This document shows positions 59,001-64,000 of a stretch of 64,000 nucleotides of DNA, one piece after another. The stretch is taken from IMG/VR virus record IMGVR_UViG_3300032213_003144, positions 64,001 to 128,000 of that record, one strand, 5' to 3'. The position numbers and the translations under genes are program-made. The notes below the pieces were generated by a model, which worked only from the letters and a program-made list of their open reading frames with translations, did no database searches and was not told where the DNA came from. The stretch comes from a virus. The first letter of the stretch is position 1, and each line of letters opens with the position of its first letter.

Positions 59001-61131
59001 AGAAGCACGCGATGCTGCCAGAAAAGAACGCAGAAAGAGATTGGATGAGTCTTTCGATAGATACGTCAAGTCACAAGGAAAGACCAAAGATGTCGCTCCA
59101 GAAGAAGATGATGAACCAGAGGTGGAGGACGAATCTGGCGGTTTTGACTCTGGTGACCCTGATTTTGTTGATGTTGCTGGACCTGATGATGATGGAGCTG
59201 AAGAATTCGACGAAGAAGATGGCGACGTGCAGTCACTCTCCCTTTCTTCAGGAGCAAAGAAGAAGAAAACCAATAGGGCAAATAGGCGTCTTCCATTTAG
59301 TGAGCAAGAGAGACAAAGCCTTGCCGATGGAGACATATTGCGCTCAAAGAAAATACCCAAGAAGCGCAAACCAGCTCCGTCAAAAGAGGAGTTTGACGAC
59401 CTAGCTCTTGCCTCTGGAGCCAATACACCAGAGGGAAGATACGCCAGAAGACTGAGGTCGATAAGCCTTTCCAGCGGCAACAATGAGCTTGGCGCTGGAG
59501 CACAGAATCAAAGAATAAGTGGAAAGAGATTCGCCCGCAATATTTCCGGACCAAAAGACCTTGCATCGATAAGAGTTGATGGTGACCCAAGTAAAGACCC
59601 AAACGCAAAGAGAAAAATTGAATATGCGATGAGTTTCTGGCGTGGTGTCAGGGAACGCGGAATTGCTTTTGACCCCCAAGACGCATCACAAGATAGAAAG
59701 TCGATAGAAATTAATAACGCCATTTCTTCTGTGTCAAAATCCATGGCTACGCGACCAAAAGCCAAAATTGGTAAAGTTTCACAGAATCAAATAAAAGATG
59801 ATGTGAACCCAGACGAGTGGTTTGTCCCAGTATCAAAACTTAGGGATGCAATCAGAATTCCAACAGAATTCTCCAACTCCCCCGCGGACCCATCCAATCC
59901 AAATAGCAGAATGATTGCACGATGGACCCAAACAAGGCCATTAAGCAACGAAGAGTTGGGCAAGATGCTCTCTCTCAGCAAGACCGACATTGCAAAACTG
60001 TCAGACGATGATGCAGGAATAACCCACGACTCGGTTAGATTCCTGCTTGCGGCCATGGGGCAGCAGGAAGGTTTTGAGGCATGGAACTTTTTTGCTCCAA
60101 CATCTACTACCGAAGATGGAGTTTCCGCCATGTCTACTTCTGAGAAGTTCGTAGAGAATCTCGGAAGAGCCAACATGCGAGACAGGTTCATCATCGAAAC
60201 CTTTGGAAAAGACGCTTTCCCTTACTGGATTGACAAAGATGAGAATACCGTCATCGGCCAAAAGGAGTACTCATCGCTAGGCGAGGTCAGCGAGATGTCG
60301 AAGTTCAGGTCATCGGGTCTGTTTAGTAATAAGAGGAACGAATCAAACTTCTCCTCAACAGCCGAGGAGATGCTTCTTGAAGAGGCAGTATTTGGTGGAG
60401 ATGACACTCCAAGCGACATGGTTAAGCAGTCTGTCGTGGAAGCAGCTTCAGCCCCATCAGACAAGACCAGCCGAGAGCAGTTTGACGTAGACCAGCTCCT
60501 TGAGTCGTTGGGTATCGATAAGAGTGATAAGTGGCATGAAGAGCTGAAGAGGAGAATGGTCGAGTCTTTCGGGGTTGACGATGTCGGCCTGAATACGAGA
60601 GAGATTGCTAGAAACTGGGAGGCCGGTGGAGTCCCAACTACATACATAAATGAGATGATTAGAACAGGGATGATTCCTGATGCAAAGTCGGTATGGAAGA
60701 AAGATGAATCTGGCAAAAAGCTAGACCAAGAGCTGGCAGCATCTAAGCACTCCGTGTATGAAGCCCTGTATGAATTTACTCAGTCAAAGCACGCTGCTGA
60801 TAAAGCCAAAAACACTAGACGGAATAGGGACTACATCCTTAATTCTTCTGACTTCACGGTCTCCCATAAGGGTGTCGCTGCCAGAAAGGGAGCCACATTC
60901 TCAAAGAAAACTGGTGATGAAAGAAGATTCAGTCAGGGCGAACTACAGAATGTTGTAAATCGTTTTAATGAAATTTTTGGAACTAACTACAAGATTGATG
61001 ACATCTTTAGTGCTGAACAGTTGCGCAATGCAACAAAGAGATTGAGAGAGGAAGGCAGGACTCTGTATGGAGATGACGCCTCCGAACTCGGTAAAAGAGT
61101 TATCCTTAAGAAAGATAAAGACAAGAAGTAA
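50059..61131 (+). CDS. Giant polyvalent protein: HK97-type prohead protease fused to KTSC-like, sigma70-r4-like HTH, ArdC (ssDNA-binding + zincin) and SF1/UvrD-like helicase domains
   Basis: Protease GHNW..PIG, WSIGY, LYEVSPV; ArdC W..PW, Y.G.N.L.L, HELTHWTG, YAYEELIAE; helicase AGAGSGKTT, DEAQD, VGDSRQAIYGFRGA, LTRSFR, TVH.SKG.EW, YIAITRA. Confidence 0.85.
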   Translation: MSNEAFEYKSSAHGSQSIKGTVSLDEAQGIVECFVAGIGNKDSVGDVCASGAFTKSLLRRKPRVVWGHNWNDPIGKVLEIYEVGPQDPRLPLKMKLAGIGGLFAKVQFNLSSEKGKEAFANVHFFGEEQEWSIGYKTLRAQFDQKSQANILYEVELYEVSPVLHGANQLTGTISVKADDSAYGGSVAMMPQREESNGYEEMEKELSNLFGAKVSVHSIDGDEVVFTRQEMNGAKKYKCGFMRNQGRYMFGTPEVINIPQSPVRSPQSAPMPVVSGRPTPPNDPQRVIRPQQMPSIPVAIKPSDNGLMMIPLPAVQYDSNEKPSLDKEEADLRDALLKIVSRHGKFNEDSNGVWAGYSPAEENEVARIGVKCSNCVFYQGGSKCKIIDMPVEPEGKCRFAVIPNGIVLSSGSKELEEHVSEAENAIIDVLELKYPGEFVLGIVRNAVGKKKKKRNKYKNLSEFGDDDDMGEKSYVIPVEPSFAFRVKTALDPIFDYHRAETFVDSEGIVITSGVTENLIDAVDTALHNLKKKFSEHEIEGKSLGYRIGRSLGSRLVDRPNLGGGRDRNNRGGGRGFGMPDGDLDPRTRVDKNRDGTLFDNVPGWEQPDPTPDGPGSINNRKLSSSQRRDVANIPSESVNPESVDGDVIKSRKPRYTADDLGEILGEKKKPTKKAVAKKSPVKKEKVKRGELDFAKGPKKDKTPSLSSGEERPPRTAVAMQMDPKNSKLARQIDYDPQNGDLTVYYRDGKKETFNDVPYDRVRKAGFDDKPDALISALQREQKKPQGRISLASGEQEKRLTRHSGDPKFESLVSPEELEKRKKFEEVIKDWKDSGYGWEDVPRYKPDVYKSPDYLRGREMGVNQAKVMWRGDSTVERPKGFNEKQKASLDYQEWYSRMVMRAGAFLEASRGDDNEFYNGMEDAMHEFMYNNRPDITTYNIDGDRKEPMADWMRQYGFDPGSPTPLRKKKEGKKRSSLSLSSGADDDTRPNFDEENYESDTNVDFYDTLLDMMGPEEERPKVTSRKKPKDMSDEEIYRKRTTTGASLQDVAEELGLTRMEVRKREQRHMRKMRNEKDGVSLSSGASDDWATSRGYEPDRFDLRETMNQIGRGNIMAISGGRVERRGNEMILPSTKDQQVVIGYNSVPDLYYVRAEQKINTGKDKGTNRILAQWDEVYADEIGELAYQASLKPANLNSENKEYWKLGKGNQFADRLVDRRSGKLVSRESRNLPSKPAPEESPTLSSGGRGRDYYNYDITTTDEGNGLLDQVHDYLEENPLIKDDITTDIADMLGGDGIVEANGFDTKKAFDLVTGGDDEFQDYMDIVDDAMEALSNGSLAKHKATVRDTNVRLESAKPGSNEAGKLEAIRDRSYEWIGDINKYSRVSTIKDKKNIEASDVATRMISKEQDSLWNARASITEKYIEDIASAGKESKRRVSISAVDTDSRDIPEYDLALSSGSVFKDKPASKTLSGKADGLSLASGENKKIYDEIGKSILEALIEMDKNPTATYWDVPWRTPTLYARNPTKNRLYQGMNSLLLANAHRQNKYRGNFWAGKTQWAKFGGTIKNGKDGVNILVPREGSTGKYFVVQTVYNLDDIEGLPDAYVKKLLDTGKELLDPATKIKDAESVMEEINPVIKFGGDAAYFSITNDHIQMPPYEMFKSPEQYYSTLLHELTHWTGGKSRLGRKQVGRQQDKKAYAYEELIAEMGSSFLLAALGIAPEVRQDHVVYIKSWISNLREDPGAFVRAMTEAQQAADWVMDRSPTMRRLSGVPDSERKGKPDAVDAGESAVSEVVEETKGSVTALSSGSQVGLRKAKELRYFGDEKEYGSGITQRDSSGRILDESGALSLSSGAKPIVSLDGKTTIPRLDDSVSYREKYKFLPDEFEPTEQQKASIDTLVHMLESETPGIVAIGAGAGSGKTTNLKQNARAVAALYPGKQIYYTVFNRGNAKDGNRVMPRNTGVATGNQIAYWSLVLGTGDAFYGAGTTRKIQLGVGPRDSKKLRGAKRNTVNVATTFEGETKEFAGEIPGYRELGYTSYDSAPNIAERLAKDGIVDEETDDGFTISQNLKKALGRFAESSDEKLSKQHFLLRDIEKIQALQNGEPVPTEDSIDEKMVQYAQMLWDETVDPKSNVLIPQDYQIKMWALTNPDLRYDKGLIGHRPNETVFDKVFLGTVEEMNSGKIKVGDLVEFKIPETGEKVAAVIRKLNPPSKKETKKGELSGSRQVTGTVSIVSVTSDKPLDVFMFDEAQDVNPVLAKVLADNAKNMPIIMVGDSRQAIYGFRGAMDALEKANATFRLPLTRSFRYGAIPAYLANVVLMQGNIDDFNFYQNMGTPEKNIWHHVVGEAQNVVINALNINGPDGKILPKKELEKKLKFIEVKYKLGGRAVDFKGKNEKEVKDIISKLYDEHVPRAEGQIVEDMTSADAVLTSTNSGVMVEALKVIQDGINAHQIAYLDLDGIEDIKNPEELAGRLRTLSEKYTLDGVAVDLIEILEKDGRDSMLNAVNELREEYAPGGADGKIPAIGIPADTHEKFLDFFTQLDWIIGDLDKKFGIEGRPKPSKLLKDVWRFDKKKGRYPSKDEMLAKIDKMIKGGESELRTLYNLAYPKSKDGGVRGDAKGARFFKDLLRPQGQKYTDINGTEVKYQGLRPMREGINLPNMESGRDHITTEEMDRVGKLKPGTKSGSSQKISWIIPKKEESVSDGEVFVKLHIGENGKPSGALIIAGDGAHGGKYKVRRWNKAKKTWSPIEEGKPGKIDYHGDISKVIKKMKAEYPDAVIEFRQGLIQQVGTAQTFPSDISDDFVPPMKGDLPDSSVPRASLPGFFIQGKDSEETARLANELGNRVRQLATEGNTDTDIMTVHVSKGREWKRVRLADDFKNPEDMVPVIPEEELAKLSPKDRLAVERQLQLMRREEHNKVYIAITRAQEQIDIGAVLAKLYFDDSQNASIKSAKDKIAENPDGIYDELQAPAGFYVPYSGDTEARDAARKERRKRLDESFDRYVKSQGKTKDVAPEEDDEPEVEDESGGFDSGDPDFVDVAGPDDDGAEEFDEEDGDVQSLSLSSGAKKKKTNRANRRLPFSEQERQSLADGDILRSKKIPKKRKPAPSKEEFDDLALASGANTPEGRYARRLRSISLSSGNNELGAGAQNQRISGKRFARNISGPKDLASIRVDGDPSKDPNAKRKIEYAMSFWRGVRERGIAFDPQDASQDRKSIEINNAISSVSKSMATRPKAKIGKVSQNQIKDDVNPDEWFVPVSKLRDAIRIPTEFSNSPADPSNPNSRMIARWTQTRPLSNEELGKMLSLSKTDIAKLSDDDAGITHDSVRFLLAAMGQQEGFEAWNFFAPTSTTEDGVSAMSTSEKFVENLGRANMRDRFIIETFGKDAFPYWIDKDENTVIGQKEYSSLGEVSEMSKFRSSGLFSNKRNESNFSSTAEEMLLEEAVFGGDDTPSDMVKQSVVEAASAPSDKTSREQFDVDQLLESLGIDKSDKWHEELKRRMVESFGVDDVGLNTREIARNWEAGGVPTTYINEMIRTGMIPDAKSVWKKDESGKKLDQELAASKHSVYEALYEFTQSKHAADKAKNTRRNRDYILNSSDFTVSHKGVAARKGATFSKKTGDERRFSQGELQNVVNRFNEIFGTNYKIDDIFSAEQLRNATKRLREEGRTLYGDDASELGKRVILKKDKDKK

Positions 61132-61271
61132 GACGAAGGTCCAGGGTCTACATTTCCATCTAAACCACTAAATATTGCTAATCCATTCCAGAGGCGCGTG
61201 GTAGGTTATAATTTAGACCATTAACAAAAGGTAACACCAACTGGTGATTGCCTGTAAATTTCAGGAGTCAT

Positions 61272-62924
61272 ATGAGCTACGACGAAAAGGCCAATGTAAG
61301 CATCGATGCTGATGGAAACGTGCTGAAGTGCGCCAAGGGTGCCGCCCCTACCGAATGTGGCTTTGTAAAGGGTTCAGAGTTGTGCGCAAAATGTGGCGCG
61401 ATACCTTTACAGATGAAGATGGTCCCGATGGAAGACATGGTCGACGAGGACATGGTCGACGCCGAAAAGCCAATGAAGAAAAAGAATAAGAAGAAAATGA
61501 TTTCACTTCCAGATGGAAGCAATGAAGAAGAAGATGATGACGAAGAAGATGATGAAGTACTGGGCGACGGAGAGATTCCGGAAGATGCCGTTGGCATGAC
61601 AAAGCCAGACCTCAAGAAGCCAAGCCAAAAAGGCATGGACATGCAAATGGACGCCATGATGGCAGAGGGTGAAGAAGAAGACGAAGATGACGAAGAAGAA
61701 GACGAAGAAGAAATAACCGCCGCAGAGGGAATGGAAGACGAAGACATGTCTGAAGAGGAGCTTGAAAAAGCGCTCAACTGGATGAAGAGTCGTCGCATGG
61801 CCGAAAAGGGCGACATGGAAGTTGACGAAGAAATCGATGAAGAAGTCTCGGCAGAAACAGAAGTTCCTGAAGATGAAATGTCGGAAGACGACATCATGAA
61901 AGCATTGAATTACGTTCGCAAAATGAAGAAAATGCACGAGAAGGGTATTGACCCAGAGGAAGAAACCGACGAGCAAGTACTTTTCGATGCAGCAGACAAG
62001 GATTGGAATGACCTGAGAGAAGAGCGAATTGCATCGCTTGGAATCAAGTCGGAAGAAATTGGTCCTGACGGCTTTGTTTGTGCTCTTGACAGAAAAGCAC
62101 ATCCAGCAGGAATGTCGGTATGTGATGACTGCCCGGGCGGATGTGTTTCCGAAAAGGGACTCCCAGGACTTCTCCACGTTGAAGGTCTCGCCGAAAAAGC
62201 ATTTGATGGTTTTGTGGTTGACTCTGGTTATTCATCAGATGCCGACATGTTCGTCATCGACGTTCAGACAAAGGACGGCTCAGTCAAGGAAGTATTCGTT
62301 GACGGAACAACTGCGGAAATTATGGGATTCCATAAACTTGACTCAGAAGAGTTTGAACAAAAATCAGACTACACAAGTTTGAAACTTGTCGATTTTTCGG
62401 AAGCAGCAGAGATTGCTGTTAAGTCAATCGAGGGCCACGTAGTTGCTGTTGAGCCAGATGTTTTTGAAGGCTTCGATGCATACGCTGTAGAAATTGACGG
62501 AATTGACGGAAAGTCGTATGACGTTTTTGTTGCTTTGGACGGAGAAATTCTAGGTTACGACAAGTACGAGCCTGAAGAAGCAGAAGAGATTGAAGCAGAA
62601 GCAGCAGAGATTGCTCTTAAGAGAGCATTCACCGATGAGCAGAGAGAGTCGATGTCCAAAGAGGGCTCGGCAATGTCGGATGGCTCGTACCCAATTGCAT
62701 CTGAGAACGACCTACGAAATGCTGTTCAGGCTTTTGGTAGAGCAAAGGATAAAGACAAAGCTAAGCGTCACATCATGAAGAGAGCACGTGAGCTAAAGTT
62801 GGAGAGTCTTATCCCTGCAAATTGGCTCGCAGGAAGCAAGGAAAAGAGTGACGAGGTTGTAAATGATGCAGATTTCATGGCGGCCCTTGTTGAATTCCAG
62901 CTTCTCGAAAATAACATCGACTAA
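61272..62924 (+). CDS. Acidic head-associated protein with Cys clusters and PepSY-like repeats
   Basis: AGGAG RBS; D/E tracts; two (Y/F).(V/I)(E/D)(V/I)...DG....V.V...GE(I)(M/L)G units; C-terminal YPI....DL.NA.QAFGRAK. Confidence 0.65.
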   Translation: MSYDEKANVSIDADGNVLKCAKGAAPTECGFVKGSELCAKCGAIPLQMKMVPMEDMVDEDMVDAEKPMKKKNKKKMISLPDGSNEEEDDDEEDDEVLGDGEIPEDAVGMTKPDLKKPSQKGMDMQMDAMMAEGEEEDEDDEEEDEEEITAAEGMEDEDMSEEELEKALNWMKSRRMAEKGDMEVDEEIDEEVSAETEVPEDEMSEDDIMKALNYVRKMKKMHEKGIDPEEETDEQVLFDAADKDWNDLREERIASLGIKSEEIGPDGFVCALDRKAHPAGMSVCDDCPGGCVSEKGLPGLLHVEGLAEKAFDGFVVDSGYSSDADMFVIDVQTKDGSVKEVFVDGTTAEIMGFHKLDSEEFEQKSDYTSLKLVDFSEAAEIAVKSIEGHVVAVEPDVFEGFDAYAVEIDGIDGKSYDVFVALDGEILGYDKYEPEEAEEIEAEAAEIALKRAFTDEQRESMSKEGSAMSDGSYPIASENDLRNAVQAFGRAKDKDKAKRHIMKRARELKLESLIPANWLAGSKEKSDEVVNDADFMAALVEFQLLENNID

Positions 62925-62944
62925 CGGCATCATGGATACCCGCT

Positions 62945-64000
62945 ATGACGGGTGATAGAAACAAGACACGAGTAATCGTTTCTCAACGATTGATATCGCC
63001 TCTATCGTGCTGCAATAATTTCAATTCAAAAGCACTTGAATTCCGCTCGTCTGTAGTTCAGTCTCTTAGTTCTTCACGGCTTGATGCTGACGCAGCAGTT
63101 AAGGCTGCAATGGGCAAAAAACCGACATACGAAGATACAGATAATAGAAAACGTGAATTCACTGGAACAACAAAACCGGGTGTGACAGAGATTGCACCAG
63201 GAATCCGAGTCGAGGGGAATCAGGCTTGGGAAGAAGGCCGTGGCTTGGTTTTATACCCTAGCTGGAAATCAAAACGCTCCATGGACCTGGACGCAAATTT
63301 TGGTTGGATTAAAACAGAGAAAGATATAGATTTTCAAGCTGCGCAGAAAAAAAGAAAAGAAAAACCACAGCTTCAGTTCACCAAGTATCAGGTGAGTAAA
63401 AAAACAGGCGACGTAATACCTGATTCAGAAGTAAATATAGACATGGCTTACCCACATCTTGGTTTGTCGAGAGCGCAAAGAAGAAAAAAGAATAACTATA
63501 TAAGCAATCCAAAAATGGAATTTAAGGCTGGTCTTCCTGGTCGCTCTCTTGAATCCAGAGTTCCCGGCGGTAACCTCTTGGCAAGAACTGCAGGACGATT
63601 TGGAATAATGAGGGATGCTGCTAACAAATTTAGGTGCCCACCAGGAACACCAGCGGCAAACCAATTCACAGACCACCTTGGCTCCAACTGTTTTGGCGTT
63701 AGTGCTGAGAGAGCTGCCAAGTTCATAGCTGAAAAAATTTCAGATTTAATGAAGGTTAATGACGACTCAATTTCTCTTTCTTCTGGGGCAAAGTCAACAT
63801 GGAGAGAAAGACTCGGACTTGCTAGGCCAGATGTTGAGTTACCTGGTAGAAGCCCATCTTTTGATTTGGAGACAGGGGACAGAATACCGACAACGCCGGC
63901 TGAGATTGTTGATGTCCCAGGCAGGTTGAGATGGTTTAAGAATGCGACCGTAAATGCACAGAGAAACCTTGCTCGCTCTGAAAGCGTTATCCAAAAGCTT
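62945..64000 (+). CDS. Large head-associated protein, truncated by the window end (absent from ORF track)
   Basis: Open frame MTGDRNKTRV... to the window end with no stop; contains KFRCPPGTPAANQFTD and SISLSSGA. Confidence 0.7.
   Translation, partial: MTGDRNKTRVIVSQRLISPLSCCNNFNSKALEFRSSVVQSLSSSRLDADAAVKAAMGKKPTYEDTDNRKREFTGTTKPGVTEIAPGIRVEGNQAWEEGRGLVLYPSWKSKRSMDLDANFGWIKTEKDIDFQAAQKKRKEKPQLQFTKYQVSKKTGDVIPDSEVNIDMAYPHLGLSRAQRRKKNNYISNPKMEFKAGLPGRSLESRVPGGNLLARTAGRFGIMRDAANKFRCPPGTPAANQFTDHLGSNCFGVSAERAAKFIAEKISDLMKVNDDSISLSSGAKSTWRERLGLARPDVELPGRSPSFDLETGDRIPTTPAEIVDVPGRLRWFKNATVNAQRNLARSESVIQKL

Noticed and set aside
55612-59238. Inteins as the cause of the long helicase insertions
   Set aside because: No C/S...HN-C/S/T splice junctions or LAGLIDADG motifs recognised
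51189-63726. Numerous - strand ORFs (60-224 aa) opposite the head genes
   Set aside because: Antisense shadows of strongly coding + strand genes; Ser/Phe-rich mirror composition
1-64000. tRNA genes, integrase or transposase
   Set aside because: None recognised by eye; tRNAscan-SE or ARAGORN would be needed to exclude tRNAs formally

Overview
Bacteriophage DNA (about 42% GC by eye) from a large myovirus with a contractile tail. The host is probably an actinobacterium, inferred from many leaderless -10 promoters and a match to a ...CCUCCUUUCU-type 16S 3' end. Layout: (1) 1-19.3 kb, a tailoring-enzyme island with 14 2OG-Fe(II) oxygenases, 2 sulfotransferase-like proteins, a DUF6065-like protein, a methyltransferase-like protein, Cfa, a membrane desaturase, a GPx-like protein and a GT60-like glycosyltransferase. 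(2) 19.3-38.3 kb (- strand), tail fibre, baseplate, tape measure, chaperone, tube, sheath and neck genes. (3) 38.4-47.6 kb, a ParB/PAPS-reductase module, RuvC, HNH, a Cas4-like exonuclease, a Rad52-like annealase and the large terminase. (4) 47.7-64 kb (+ strand), portal, a 3,690-aa prohead-protease-led polyvalent protein, and further head proteins. Three best leads: (a) two tandem promoter-to-terminator small RNAs at 43.0-43.3 kb, one complementary to 23S rRNA helix 69 (16/16 nt) and one to the 16S rRNA 3' anti-SD end (15/17), a candidate ribosome-targeting sRNA pair in a phage rich in leaderless mRNAs; (b) a recurring [S/A/T/V]-L-[S/A]-S-G motif (13 copies) at the domain boundaries of the giant protease protein, also present in the tape measure and the last ORF, suggesting a self-processed polyprotein of injected cargo (KTSC, HTH, ArdC, SF1 helicase); (c) a prolyl hydroxylase plus Hyp-GlcNAc-transferase-like pair just downstream of a tail-fibre protein with APPTF repeats. 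All family calls come from motif recognition by eye; no database searches were run.
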